DNA of 64,000 nucleotides from an uncultured Pseudomonadota bacterium (GTDB lineage: Bacteria; Pseudomonadota; Alphaproteobacteria; RF32; CAG-239), in the NCBI GenBank assembly GCA_949295085.1, contig CASFJS010000004.1, positions 13,372 through 77,371 of the forward strand, given 5' to 3'. Every line of letters starts with the position of its first letter. The first letter of the stretch is position 1. The notes under the pieces are model-generated. The model did not search any database. It had not been told where the DNA came from and was given only the letters and a program-made list of their open reading frames with translations. Of the stretch, positions 43,184-53,734 are shown one piece after another. Position numbers and translations under genes: made by a program.

Positions 43184-44107
43184 TCATTTTTTTACGGAAA
43201 TCGCAAGCAAAACAAGCTGTTGTAATTTTTTGAATGCCGCCTCTTCAATCTGGCGCACGCGCTCCCGGCTGATACCGAATTTTTCGCCGACTTCGTTCAG
43301 CGTTTGCGGGTCTTCCGTCAACAGGCGGTTTTTAACAATATATTGTTCACGGTCGCTAAGCTGTTTTAAACATTGCTGCAAAACAGCCTTTTTGTAAGCA
43401 GCTTCCTGCCGTCCGGCAACTTTTTCCTCAATATTCTGGCTCTTGTCAACCAAAAGATCTATGCGCTCATCTTCGTCTTCATCAGAAACGCTGACATTCA
43501 ACGACTTATCGCCACCGAGCCGCATATTCATCTCTTTAACGTCATTTTCATCAACAACCAGCTCCCGGGCAATGGCTTTAACTTCCTGCGGTGCCAATTC
43601 TTTGTTGTCATAAATGCCGAGGCGGGCTTTAATGCGTTTCAGATTATAAAAAAGCTTTTTCTGCGCGGCACTTGTCCCCATTTTTACCAGCGACCACGAT
43701 TTCAAAATATAATCATTGATGGAAGCTTTAATCCACCAAATAGCATAAGTTGCCAAACGAACCTTTTTGGATAAATCAAATTTTTTGACCGCCTGCATAA
43801 GTCCGAGATTAGCCTCCGAAATAATATCGGCCAAAGGCAAACCATACCGGCGGTAAGTCATGGCAATCTTTGCGGCCAGCCGCAAGTGCGACGTAACCAA
43901 AACCTGTGCGGCCCGGACATCGCCGTTCTGCTGCAAATCCGTAACCAGTTTCTTTTCCTGCTCCTCGGTCAGCACCGGAAAAGTCTTGATTTTTTCAAGG
44001 TATGAAACCAGAGAGTTATCACTGACAACCGCCGGAAGCTGACACTTCCGGACAACAATCCCGTGACCATCCCGAGAATTTAAATTATTTGTAGTTTTAT
44101 CTTCCAT
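43184..44107 (-). CDS. rpoH: RNA polymerase sigma-32 factor
   Basis: RLATYAIWWI, RpoH box QKKLFYNLKR, SRERVRQIE. Confidence 0.92.
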   Translation of the reverse strand: MEDKTTNNLNSRDGHGIVVRKCQLPAVVSDNSLVSYLEKIKTFPVLTEEQEKKLVTDLQQNGDVRAAQVLVTSHLRLAAKIAMTYRRYGLPLADIISEANLGLMQAVKKFDLSKKVRLATYAIWWIKASINDYILKSWSLVKMGTSAAQKKLFYNLKRIKARLGIYDNKELAPQEVKAIARELVVDENDVKEMNMRLGGDKSLNVSVSDEDEDERIDLLVDKSQNIEEKVAGRQEAAYKKAVLQQCLKQLSDREQYIVKNRLLTEDPQTLNEVGEKFGISRERVRQIEEAAFKKLQQLVLLAISVKK

Positions 44108-44117
44108 TGCTCTGTTA

Positions 44118-44146
44118 ATATAGGTAAACCGACTGCCTTTGTCAAG
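44118..44146 (-). promoter_or_regulatory. RpoH-type promoter of rpoH
   Basis: CTTGAC-N16-CCTATAT. Confidence 0.65.
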
Positions 44147-44193
44147 ATTCGACAGGCAACCATGATAAGACATTTTTATGCTTTTGGCAATAG

Positions 44194-44730
44194 TCAATCT
44201 CCAACAACAAAATTAGGTATCTCACGGCGGCTAAAGTTAATAATGTCAACTTTGACGTTGGCTCCGTCGTCATACATCAGCAGATAAAAACGCACCTTAA
44301 GTTCGGGACTGTTGCTTTGGCAAATCTTAAAATTATGGTCGGTCAGCGCATTGTTAATTCGCAACTCAACCATCCTTCCGGCCAGTTGAGGGTAAGTCTT
44401 CGGCATAACATCATCAATGTTCAATTCCGTAAAATCATCAATATTTTTCATAAGCAGCCGGGAGCGTCGTTTTTCGGCAATGCTTTTTCCTTTGGTTGAT
44501 ATATAGGGCCTGAGCGTTTCCCGCACCTGACGGAGAACCGTCTCGTCATCACAAGCCGGCTTGGGGTTAGGGGCAACTTTTGTTTTCTGCTTTTGCTGCT
44601 CAATAATCGCAACGACGGTTTTGTCAGGATATCCGAAAACATTGGTATCTTCTTCGGGCACGGTATCTTGAGCATAAACGGGCAGAGCCCCCGAAAGAAG
44701 AAACAGCAGTGCCGCCAGATATTTTTTCAT
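44194..44730 (-). CDS. Hypothetical exported protein
   Basis: Signal peptide MKKYLAALLFLL...VYA. Confidence 0.65.
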   Translation of the reverse strand: MKKYLAALLFLLSGALPVYAQDTVPEEDTNVFGYPDKTVVAIIEQQKQKTKVAPNPKPACDDETVLRQVRETLRPYISTKGKSIAEKRRSRLLMKNIDDFTELNIDDVMPKTYPQLAGRMVELRINNALTDHNFKICQSNSPELKVRFYLLMYDDGANVKVDIINFSRREIPNFVVGD

Positions 44731-44740
44731 ACATCTTTTC

Positions 44741-46129
44741 CTAAAAATTAATTGACTTTGGCGTCCGCGGAAAAGGAATAACATCACGAATATTGCCGAT
44801 TCCGGTAATAAGCATCATCATACGCTCAAAACCTAGCCCGAAACCGGCATGCGGCACCGACCCGTAGCGCCGAGAATCCAAATACCATTCGTAATCAGCC
44901 TCGGTCATCCCCATTTCCTCAATGCGTTTAATCAAAACATCAAGCCGTTCTTCACGCTGCGATCCGCCGATAAGTTCGCCGATTCCCGGTACCAAAACAT
45001 CCATCGCCGCCACGGTGCGTCCGTCATCGTTCAAGCGCATATAAAAGGCTTTGATTTCTTTCGGATAATCACGCACGATAACCGGACGTTTGAAATGTTC
45101 TTCCGCCAAAAAGCGCTCGTGTTCGGTCTGCAGATCAATGCCGAATTCCGGTTTGTATTCAAACGCCTTGCCGGAGGCTTTCATAATATCAATCGCTTCG
45201 GTATAGGTAATGCGGGCAAAACCGCTGTTCATGATATTATTAAGCTTATCAAGAAGTCCCGGCTCGACAAACTTGTCAAACAAAGCCAGATCATCGGCAC
45301 AAGTATTCATGACATGGCGGATGCAGTATTTGACCATGTCTTCGGCCAAATCCATATCATCATGAATATCGGCAAAAGCCATCTCCGGCTCAATCATCCA
45401 AAACTCGGCGGCGTGTCGCGTGGTGTTGGAGTTTTCGGCGCGGAACGTCGGCCCGAAAGTATAAATATCGCCAAGTGCACAGGCATACATCTCGCCGTTA
45501 AGCTGACCGGAAACCGTCAGGCGGGCTTCTTTACCGAAAAAATCCTGACTATAGTCAACTTTGCCGTCGGGCGTGCGTGGCGGATTGTTGATGTCAAGCG
45601 TCGTCACCTGAAACATTTCGCCGGCGCCCTCACAGTCCGAACCGGTAATAATCGGCGTATGAACATAGCGAAAACCGCGTTCGTTAAAAAATTTGTGAAT
45701 GGCATAAGACAATTCCGAGCGCACACGAAAAGCTGCGCCGTATTTGTTGGAGCGCGGGCGCAAATGCGCAATGGTACGCAGGTACTCATCGCTGTGTTTT
45801 TTCTTTTGTAACGGGTAATCTTCCGGCGCCAGCGAATAAATTTCAATTGTTTCCGCAACCACCTCAAACTTCTGGTTGCCGCCCTGTGACAAAATCATCT
45901 CACCGGTTACCGCGACCGACGATCCGGTTGTGAGCTTTTTGATATCATCATAATTGCTTAAATCGTTGCGGGCAATAACCTGCATATTTTTAAGACAGGA
46001 GCCGTCGTTGATTTCAACAAAAGAAAAATCTTTGGCATCGCGGCGGGTCCGAACCCAGCCTTTGATAAGAACTTGTTTAATCGTCTGTTCCGATTGCAGC
46101 AGTTGAGCAATTTTAGTTCTCTTCAGCAT
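44741..46129 (-). CDS. asnS: Asparaginyl-tRNA synthetase
   Basis: [44 protein letters not shown]. Confidence 0.97.
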   Translation of the reverse strand: MLKRTKIAQLLQSEQTIKQVLIKGWVRTRRDAKDFSFVEINDGSCLKNMQVIARNDLSNYDDIKKLTTGSSVAVTGEMILSQGGNQKFEVVAETIEIYSLAPEDYPLQKKKHSDEYLRTIAHLRPRSNKYGAAFRVRSELSYAIHKFFNERGFRYVHTPIITGSDCEGAGEMFQVTTLDINNPPRTPDGKVDYSQDFFGKEARLTVSGQLNGEMYACALGDIYTFGPTFRAENSNTTRHAAEFWMIEPEMAFADIHDDMDLAEDMVKYCIRHVMNTCADDLALFDKFVEPGLLDKLNNIMNSGFARITYTEAIDIMKASGKAFEYKPEFGIDLQTEHERFLAEEHFKRPVIVRDYPKEIKAFYMRLNDDGRTVAAMDVLVPGIGELIGGSQREERLDVLIKRIEEMGMTEADYEWYLDSRRYGSVPHAGFGLGFERMMMLITGIGNIRDVIPFPRTPKSINF

Positions 46130-46273
46130 TTTATTTATATCCTCAAATTCCGTTATGATTCTGCAAAATTACAGCCACTATATTACAGCTTTGTGCAAAT
46201 GTCCAGCATTGACAAATTTTATTCTACAGTTTAGATTCAAACCAAAACAACCGAAACTTTAAGGACAACAGCG

Positions 46274-46726
46274 ATGAAAAAACAATTTTTGACACTCGGC
46301 GCGGCGGCTGTGTTGCTGTCGGCCTGCGCGGCAAACATCAATTCCGATCATTACAATACGTCGGCCACCGGCGCGGTAGGGCAGGTTATGGGCTGTACGG
46401 TGGTGAACGTTCGCCAGGTTAATGTTTCTTCGGACGATTCGTCAGCCGGTGCAGTTTTGGGCGCCATCGGCGGCGGTGTTGCCGGTTCCACCATCGGTCA
46501 CGGCCGCGGCAGTGTCTTAGGTGCTTTGGGCGGTGCGGCTCTGGGCAGCGTTGCCGGTAACATGGCGCAAAAAGGTTTAACCGGCCAAACCGGCGTTGAA
46601 TATATTGTCCGTCTGGACAACGGCACCATGCGTACCGTTACTCAGGGTACCGATGTTTATATGCAGCCCGGCCAGCGTTGTTACTTGCTGTATGGCGAAC
46701 AATCGCGCATTATTCCGGCCAATTAA
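46274..46726 (+). CDS. Glycine-zipper 2TM outer-membrane lipoprotein (SlyB/Pcp-like)
   Basis: Lipobox LSAC; GAVLGAIGGGVAGSTIG; VRLDNG. Confidence 0.88.
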   Translation: MKKQFLTLGAAAVLLSACAANINSDHYNTSATGAVGQVMGCTVVNVRQVNVSSDDSSAGAVLGAIGGGVAGSTIGHGRGSVLGALGGAALGSVAGNMAQKGLTGQTGVEYIVRLDNGTMRTVTQGTDVYMQPGQRCYLLYGEQSRIIPAN

Positions 46727-46737
46727 ACGTTGCAAAT

Positions 46738-46769
46738 AAAAAAGCGGTCTGCGGCAGACCGCTTTTTTT
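46738..46769 (+). terminator. Intrinsic terminator
   Basis: aaaaaagcggtctg-cgg-cagaccgctttttt. Confidence 0.85.
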
Positions 46770-46927
46770 CATGAATTATACATCCCGAAAACCCTTTGCA
46801 AGGTTGATTTTCAAGGCCTGAGGCGATTTGTAACATTCGGAAAATTTTTGTGTTTTGCCATTAAAAATTATATCCGCTAAATTGCAAACAGACAGCAAAC
46901 AAAAATGAATTAAGGACGAATAATCAA

Positions 46928-47728
46928 ATGGCAAATATACATCCGACGGCATTTGTTGAAGACGGCGCCAAGATTGCCGACAGCGCCGAGATAGGCCCTT
47001 TTTGCTGGGTCAGCGCTCAGGCCAAAATAGATGAAAATGTAAAGCTTATCGGCCGGGTAACCGTCTATGGTGATACCACCATCGGCGAGGGTACGGTGGT
47101 TTTCCCCGGAGCCTGTCTGGGAACGGGACCTCAGGATCACGGCAACGAGTTTGTTCCGGGCGCCAAAGTCATTATCGGCAAAAACAATGTCATCCGTGAA
47201 AATGTTACCATTCATCGCGGCACCCCAAAAGAGCATCAGACCACCGTTGTCGGTGACAACTGTATGTTGATGGTCAATTCGCATATTGCGCATGATTGTG
47301 TCGTCGGCAACAATGTGATTATGACCAACAACGCGGTTATCGGCGGTCATGTCCGGTTGGGCGACGGTGTTATCTTGGGCGGCAATTCGGCGGTTCACCA
47401 ATTTTGCCGTATTGGTCGCAAAGCCATGGTTGGAGGTCTTTCCGGTGTTGATCGTGATGTCATTCCTTTTGGTATTGTTACCGGAGACCGTGGCAAACTG
47501 CGTGGCTTAAACCGCGTCGGTATGCAGCGTGCCGGCATGGACGAAAAAACCATTAAAGCGGTTTCACATGCTTTTATGTACATCTTTAAGGGCAAAGAGG
47601 ATACATTTGAGATAAGGGTCGAAAAAGCCGGAGAGAAATACAAAGACAATGCTCTGGTTATGGAACAGTTGCAGTTTATCAGCGATGGCCTGGCCGGCCG
47701 CCGCAAGGTGATGACTGCTGCCGAATAG
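46928..47728 (+). CDS. lpxA: UDP-N-acetylglucosamine acyltransferase
   Basis: IHPTA, hexapeptide repeats, IRENVTIHRGT, HIAHDC, VHQFCRIG. Confidence 0.95.
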   Translation: MANIHPTAFVEDGAKIADSAEIGPFCWVSAQAKIDENVKLIGRVTVYGDTTIGEGTVVFPGACLGTGPQDHGNEFVPGAKVIIGKNNVIRENVTIHRGTPKEHQTTVVGDNCMLMVNSHIAHDCVVGNNVIMTNNAVIGGHVRLGDGVILGGNSAVHQFCRIGRKAMVGGLSGVDRDVIPFGIVTGDRGKLRGLNRVGMQRAGMDEKTIKAVSHAFMYIFKGKEDTFEIRVEKAGEKYKDNALVMEQLQFISDGLAGRRKVMTAAE

Positions 47729-47940
47729 TTTTTTGGCCGGCCTCGGGAAAGGTCCTCAGCTGCCGGCCGCAAAATTGGTTTGGACATTAAACCAATTTTT
47801 ACAAAGCTTGATATAGGATATTTTTGGCAGGATAAAAACGGTCGCCGGGTCTGCCTTACGGGACAAAAAGGCCGCTGTTTTCAGAAACAATGCCCAAAAT
47901 AACCGAATATCAAGTTTTGTTTTTTATGAAAGTTGAAAAG

Positions 47941-48786
47941 ATGACAAACACACACCGCAAACTCGGTATTATTGCCGGTGGCGGCTCTATTCCCGAAATG
48001 CTGGTTGGACAATGCCGGACCGAAGGCAGAGATTTTGTTGTTCTGGCAATTGATGGCAATGCCGATAAAAATTTTTTTAATGATAAAGCAGATTTTCCGT
48101 TTCGTTGGATTCGCATTGGTCAAGCCGGCACCGGTTTCAAATATTTTGCCGAACACGGGGTCGAAGACGTCATTATGATCGGAACCATCCGCCGGCCGAG
48201 CTTTTTTGATCTGGTACCGGATTTGCGTACCACGGCCTTTTTTGCGCGTATTGGTGCCAAGGCTTTGGGAGATGATGGTATTTTGCGCGCTCTGGTCAAA
48301 GAGATAGAAAGCGATGGCATGCTGGTCAAGGGCATCCATGAGGTTATGCCGGAATTATTGGTTAAAGAAGGCTTGTTGACCAAACGTAAACCATCCAAAC
48401 GGGATGAGGCGGACATCCGCCGCGGTGTTGAAGCCGCTCTGGCGTTGGGGCGTTTGGATATTGGTCAGGCAGTTGTCGTCCAACAAGGGTTAGTCCTTGG
48501 CGTAGAGGGAATAGAGGGGACCGATGAGCTAATGCGCCGTTGCAAAGAATATCGGCGCAAAGGCGGCGGCGGTGTGTTGGTTAAGTTGCGTAAGCCCGGG
48601 CAGGATATGCGTATTGATTTGCCGACCGTTGGTCCCCGGTCGGTTGAGCGCGCACATGAATGCGGGCTTGAAGGGCTGGTTGTCCACGCCGGTAATGGTC
48701 TGATGGTTGACGAACAAGAAACCATAGCTTTGGCAAACAAGTATGGTATGTTTATTGTCGGAGTAAATCCCAATGACTTCAAATAA
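47941..48786 (+). CDS. lpxI: UDP-2,3-diacylglucosamine diphosphatase LpxI
   Basis: GIIAGGG, GDDGIL, DIGQAVVV, EGIEGTD, QDMRIDLPTVG. Confidence 0.93.
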   Translation: MTNTHRKLGIIAGGGSIPEMLVGQCRTEGRDFVVLAIDGNADKNFFNDKADFPFRWIRIGQAGTGFKYFAEHGVEDVIMIGTIRRPSFFDLVPDLRTTAFFARIGAKALGDDGILRALVKEIESDGMLVKGIHEVMPELLVKEGLLTKRKPSKRDEADIRRGVEAALALGRLDIGQAVVVQQGLVLGVEGIEGTDELMRRCKEYRRKGGGGVLVKLRKPGQDMRIDLPTVGPRSVERAHECGLEGLVVHAGNGLMVDEQETIALANKYGMFIVGVNPNDFK

Positions 48787-49936
48787 ACTCAGAATTTATC
48801 TGATAGCCGGTGAGCCGAGCGGTGATTTGCTCGGTTCAAGGTTAATGCGGGCCTTAAAACAAAAAACAGATAATCAGGTAGAATTTTTCGGCCTCGGCGG
48901 AGATACCATGGAAGCCGAAGGGCTGCCCTCTTTGTTTGATATTTCCGAATTGGCGGTTATGGGTTTGGTTGAGGTCGTTCCGAGTATTCCGCGGGTTTTA
49001 CGGCGGATTCGCGAAGTGGTGGCCGATATAGAGCACCGCCGTCCCGACATTGTCGTTACGATAGACAGCTGGAGCTTTTGCAGCAGAGTTCACAAAGCCT
49101 TGCGCCGCCGCCATACCGGTATTAAGCAGTTACACTATGTTGCACCGCAGGTCTGGGCCTGGAAAAAGCGTCGGGCCAAAACCATGTATCAGTATGTTGA
49201 TGAATTGTTGACATTATTGCCGGCCGAGCCGCCTTATTTCACCGGGCACGGCTTAAAAACCGTTTTTGTCGGTCATCCGGTGATTGAAAGTGCTGCCTTG
49301 CAGGCTGACGGACAGGCTTTTCGCCAAAGATTTGCCATTCCGGACAATAAACAGATTATCTCGGTTCTGCCGGGGTCGCGTCATACCGAAGTTTGCCGTC
49401 TGTTGCCCGATTTTTTACAAGCGGCAGGACTCTTGCACGAACTTAATCCGGACATGCACTTTGTTTTGCCAACGGTCAAAACCGTTGCCGCCCGTATCCG
49501 GCAAATGACCGAAGATTGCAATTTGCCGCTGACGGTTTTAGAAACCGAGGCGGACAGGTATGGTGCTTTTCAAGCCTCCAGCGCCGCAATTGCCGCTTCC
49601 GGCACGGTCGCGCTGGAGCTGGCAATTTGCCATATTCCGCATATTATTGCTTATAAGGTGGCGCCGCTGACTTATACGTTGGCCAAACATTTGGTTAAAA
49701 TTAAATATGTTAATCTGACCAATATCATGTTAAACCGCCCGGTGGTTCCGGAATTGTTGCAGGAAAAATGCACGCCGCAAAACATTGTTCACGAAATTTT
49801 GGAATTGTTAAAAAACGGCAGTGCCTATGAAAAGCAAATGCAGGGCTTTACCGAAGTGCGGCAGTATCTGAGTTGCGGCAACCAAACGCCGAGTCAAAAT
49901 GCCGCCGACGAGGTCCTGAGGCTGATAAGATGTTAA
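48773..49936 (+). CDS. lpxB: Lipid-A-disaccharide synthase
   Basis: AGEPSGD, YVAPQVWAW, FVGHP, LPGSR, SGTVALE. Confidence 0.96.
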   Translation: MTSNKLRIYLIAGEPSGDLLGSRLMRALKQKTDNQVEFFGLGGDTMEAEGLPSLFDISELAVMGLVEVVPSIPRVLRRIREVVADIEHRRPDIVVTIDSWSFCSRVHKALRRRHTGIKQLHYVAPQVWAWKKRRAKTMYQYVDELLTLLPAEPPYFTGHGLKTVFVGHPVIESAALQADGQAFRQRFAIPDNKQIISVLPGSRHTEVCRLLPDFLQAAGLLHELNPDMHFVLPTVKTVAARIRQMTEDCNLPLTVLETEADRYGAFQASSAAIAASGTVALELAICHIPHIIAYKVAPLTYTLAKHLVKIKYVNLTNIMLNRPVVPELLQEKCTPQNIVHEILELLKNGSAYEKQMQGFTEVRQYLSCGNQTPSQNAADEVLRLIRC

Positions 49937-51879
49937 AGGCTTTCGGCGGATATCTGCGAGATAATTTTTGCAAAGATAAAACGCGGCTTATTTTATGGTA
50001 TCCGGTACTGTTGGCACTGGGCATCGGGTTTTATTTTACCCTGTCGCGTGAGCCGTCAAAATGGATCACTCTTGCCGTTATCGAGAGTCTGATTATCGTG
50101 GCGGTTATTTTTCGGCGTCGTCTTACGATATTAAAAATATTGGGCGCGCTGGCCCTGGTTGTTGCAGGCTTCACGTTAATTCAGGTTAAAAGTATTTATT
50201 TATATGCGCCGCCGCAAAATTTTCCCGACAAAACGTTTTATTTTAAAGGCGAGATTGCCGCCATTGACAGCAATTATCAGGGGCGGCGGCGCTTTACACT
50301 GCAAAATCTGGAGGATTTCGACGGCAATATTTATCCCGGCAAGTATCGTATTGTTCAACGCTCCAAAAAAGGCGAGGCCAAAGTCGGTGAATGTGTCGAG
50401 ATGGTTGGCAGGATAATGCCTCTGGCCAGGGCGGTGGTTCCCGGCGGATATCAGTTTGATCGTAAAAGCTATTTTACCGGTCTTAAAGGTTCAGGTTTTG
50501 CCGAAAGCCGTTGGTTCAGGATTGATTGTCCCGAGGGTGGTCGTCACAAGACTTTTGCAGCCTATATTGCCGATATCCGCCAAAAGATTGTCGGACGGAT
50601 AGCCGAGCTTCTGCCGCCGGATGAGGCCGCTGTTACCGCCGCGGTTATTGCCGGCGAACGCAGTTTGATCGGACAACGGTTAAATGAACAATATCGCGAT
50701 TCCGGTTTAGCGCATTTCTTGTCAATTTCCGGGCTGCACATGAGTATGCTGGCCGGTCTGATGTTTTTTCTGGTGCGTTTTGTTTTGGCTTTATTTCCGC
50801 CTTTGGCGTTGCGGCTTGATACCAAAAAGATTGCCGCCGTTTGGGCTTTGTTTATGAGCTTGGTCTATTTACTGATATCCGGCATGGAAATTCCGGCACA
50901 AAGAGCGTTTATCATGACAACCGTGGTACTTTTGGGCGTTTTAACCGATCGTCGAGCCATATCCCTGCAAACGATAGCTTTGGCAGCGTTTATAGTTTTG
51001 TTGTTCAATCCGGAAGTTTTAACCTCAGCCAGCTTTCAAATGTCGTTTGCTGCCGTTCTCGGTTTGATAGCATTTTATGAAAAAGTTGAGCACCGGGTGC
51101 GTCGGTTTTTGCATATCGACGGCATGAATAAATGGCTGCGAGGCATTGAACTTTATGTGATCGGCGTGGTGGTTTCGGACTTTATTGCCTCGCTGATGAC
51201 GTTGCCTTTTGCGGTTTACCATTTCAATATGGTGGCGCTTTATACCACTTTGGGCAATTTTCTGGCCGGGCCGATTATCGGCCTGATAATTATGCCGTTT
51301 GTGCTGGTGAGCTTGCTTTTAATTCCTTTCGGACTGGATGCGCCGTTTGTTAAAATTGTCGGTCTCGGCATCAAATGGGTCAACGACATAACGGCCTGGG
51401 TGGCATCTTTGCCCGGCGCCGGCTGTCAGGTTCCCTCAATGCCGTTTTGGGGACTGCTGCTGATTGTTATCGGCGGTTTATGGTTGATGCTGTGGCAGGC
51501 TCGGTGGCGTTTGTGGGGCTGGCTGGGAATAATGGTTGGTATTTTGAGCCTGCTGACGGTAAGAACACCGGACATTCTGGTAAGCGCCGACTTGAAAGCC
51601 GTTGCTTTCAAAAACGATGACGGCCGCTTGGAGTTGGTATCATCACGCGGCGCCCGCTTTGTCAAAAGTTTTTGGCAGGGCAAATATCCGTTTGCCGAAA
51701 CCAAAACCACATTGCAGGAACATCCGGAACTGGTTGTTGCGGAAAGCAAAGTGAGCCTCGCCGGAAAGACCTACGACCTCGGGCAGACACTAGGCATAAA
51801 TTTCTATAAAAATCCCGATGGCAGTTTTTCGGCCGAAACCGTCCGCGACGCAATCGGCGACAGATTATGGAACCAATAA
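49930..51879 (+). CDS. comEC: ComEC/Rec2 competence protein
   Basis: SGLAHFLSISGLH, QRAFIM, SFQMSF; multiple TMs. Confidence 0.9.
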   Translation: MLKAFGGYLRDNFCKDKTRLILWYPVLLALGIGFYFTLSREPSKWITLAVIESLIIVAVIFRRRLTILKILGALALVVAGFTLIQVKSIYLYAPPQNFPDKTFYFKGEIAAIDSNYQGRRRFTLQNLEDFDGNIYPGKYRIVQRSKKGEAKVGECVEMVGRIMPLARAVVPGGYQFDRKSYFTGLKGSGFAESRWFRIDCPEGGRHKTFAAYIADIRQKIVGRIAELLPPDEAAVTAAVIAGERSLIGQRLNEQYRDSGLAHFLSISGLHMSMLAGLMFFLVRFVLALFPPLALRLDTKKIAAVWALFMSLVYLLISGMEIPAQRAFIMTTVVLLGVLTDRRAISLQTIALAAFIVLLFNPEVLTSASFQMSFAAVLGLIAFYEKVEHRVRRFLHIDGMNKWLRGIELYVIGVVVSDFIASLMTLPFAVYHFNMVALYTTLGNFLAGPIIGLIIMPFVLVSLLLIPFGLDAPFVKIVGLGIKWVNDITAWVASLPGAGCQVPSMPFWGLLLIVIGGLWLMLWQARWRLWGWLGIMVGILSLLTVRTPDILVSADLKAVAFKNDDGRLELVSSRGARFVKSFWQGKYPFAETKTTLQEHPELVVAESKVSLAGKTYDLGQTLGINFYKNPDGSFSAETVRDAIGDRLWNQ

Positions 51880-51968
51880 GATCAGACACTTTTTTGTTTA
51901 CTTTTGTAACAAACCATGTATAAAATGATCCGAATTCATGCTTGATATATGTCGGAGACCTCTTTGAG

Positions 51969-53003
51969 ATGAACGGAAAAGCACCTTTGGTATCGGTTAT
52001 CATACCGGTTTACAACACGGCCAAATACTTGCCGCAATGTCTGGACAGTATTGTTAATCAGACACTCAGGGATATTGAAATTATCTGTGTTGATGACGGC
52101 TCGACCGACAATTCGCTTGAGATCTTGCAACAATATGCCGGACAAGACAAACGTTTTACGCTTTTGCAGCAGCCAAACCGGTTTGCCGGAGTGGCGCGTA
52201 ACGCCGGTATGGATATTGCCAGAGGCGCATATTTGTCATTTTTGGACAGTGATGATTTTTTTGCGCCGGATATGCTGGAAAAATTATATCATGCGGCCAA
52301 AGCCGAACAAGCCGATATGGTGGTATGTGACTTTAAGGAATATAAAGAAAGCCGCTGGCCTTTTTTGCCTCCGCGTGTCTGTGTTATGAACAGCTCTCAA
52401 TCTCAGACATATAATAATGAGGAGGGGCTCCTCCCCCCCCCCTACGAATTTCTTAATCCCTCTACCGAAAACAAACTGTTTGACCGCAACTTTATCGTAA
52501 AAAATCACATTCGCTTTCAAGACATTAAATCTTGCAACGATCTGGGGTTTACTTTCTGCGCGGCATCCGTCGCCGGCAAAATAGCCTTTGTTCGAGAGGC
52601 CCTGGTCAATTACCGGTGCAAACGCCCCGCAAACATCAGCCATAGCCGAGGGCGCAAAGATATTAACATTATCAAAGCCTATCTTTACGTGAAAGATTTT
52701 TTGTCCTGCAATCGTAAAGAAAACATGATTGGATATTTAAAAAACAAGCTATATGGCAACATTGCTTTGGAAATATCCAAATACGATGCTCCGGACAGAG
52801 ATACTTTGGCTAAAAAAGGCCGTGCCCTCTTGGGGGAAGATTATCCGTTTTTTGCCAAATGTTTTCATTATGACAAAAAAGATTATCGCTTTCTCGGTCT
52901 GCCGCTTTTTGAGCGTATCCAAACAGCATCCAAAACAACTTATGTGATTTTCGGTTGCCTTAAAATTAAACGAAAAATCAAAACAAAGGAAAAACAGTCA
53001 TGA
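51969..53003 (+). CDS. Glycosyltransferase family 2
   Basis: VSVIIPVYN, VDDGSTD, ARNAG, FLDSDD. Confidence 0.92.
   Translation: MNGKAPLVSVIIPVYNTAKYLPQCLDSIVNQTLRDIEIICVDDGSTDNSLEILQQYAGQDKRFTLLQQPNRFAGVARNAGMDIARGAYLSFLDSDDFFAPDMLEKLYHAAKAEQADMVVCDFKEYKESRWPFLPPRVCVMNSSQSQTYNNEEGLLPPPYEFLNPSTENKLFDRNFIVKNHIRFQDIKSCNDLGFTFCAASVAGKIAFVREALVNYRCKRPANISHSRGRKDINIIKAYLYVKDFLSCNRKENMIGYLKNKLYGNIALEISKYDAPDRDTLAKKGRALLGEDYPFFAKCFHYDKKDYRFLGLPLFERIQTASKTTYVIFGCLKIKRKIKTKEKQS
52433..52442 (+). repeat. C10 homopolymer inside GT2 gene
   Basis: ctcct-CCCCCCCCCC-tac, currently in frame. Confidence 0.85.
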
Positions 53004-53734
53004 TTTTTTCAAAGATAAAGAAAGAAAACAAACGAAGCATATATTTTTTGGGAATTAAACTTTTTTCGTATACAAAAAAGACAAATCAGACAATAAAAGA
53101 CGAGTTACGGTACTTTCGGGATTGGCAGACGGACTTTTATAAAGACAGACCCGAAAAATTTCCGGTTGTTTTAACGGAAGCCGAAAAAGAAACACTTATT
53201 CAATACCTGCGGCAGTCAAAAAACTATCTTGAATTTGGCGCCGGCGGGTCAAGTTTTTTGGCGCTGTTGAACTCTGATACGACCGTTTATTCCGTTGAGT
53301 CCGATAAAGATTGGGTCGACTACTTGCGCTCCTGGACTTTTATGCGTAACAAAGAAACCGAAGGAAAAATTAATTTTTTTGTCGCAGATATCGGCCAAAC
53401 AAAAGCATGGGGTTATCCGGCGGATGAAAGCCGAAAAAATTCATATCCGGACTATTCTTCAAACATATTCGCCCGGATAACCGATACGGATATTGACACG
53501 GTTTTTGTTGACGGTCGGTTTCGCGTTGCTTGTGTTGTGGCCTCGGCCATACATTACCCTGACGCCGTTATTTTGGTACATGATTACACAAAACGCCGGC
53601 ATTATCATATTGTTGAATCATTATTTGATGTGACGGATATAACGGATACCCTCGTCGCCCTGAAACTAAAAAAAGCACAGGAAACAAAAGCCCTGCAAAA
53701 TTTGTACGACGAATATAAATACAATCCAGACTGA
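53000..53734 (+). CDS. Class I SAM-dependent methyltransferase-like protein
   Basis: YLEFGAGGSS, SVESD, FVDGRFR, VHDY. Confidence 0.75.
   Translation: MIFSKIKKENKRSIYFLGIKLFSYTKKTNQTIKDELRYFRDWQTDFYKDRPEKFPVVLTEAEKETLIQYLRQSKNYLEFGAGGSSFLALLNSDTTVYSVESDKDWVDYLRSWTFMRNKETEGKINFFVADIGQTKAWGYPADESRKNSYPDYSSNIFARITDTDIDTVFVDGRFRVACVVASAIHYPDAVILVHDYTKRRHYHIVESLFDVTDITDTLVALKLKKAQETKALQNLYDEYKYNPD

Noticed and set aside
44849..45811. Long antisense ORFs (here, and at 15001-15660, 16232-16915, 38020-38646)
   Set aside because: Shadows of well-supported genes on the opposite strand.
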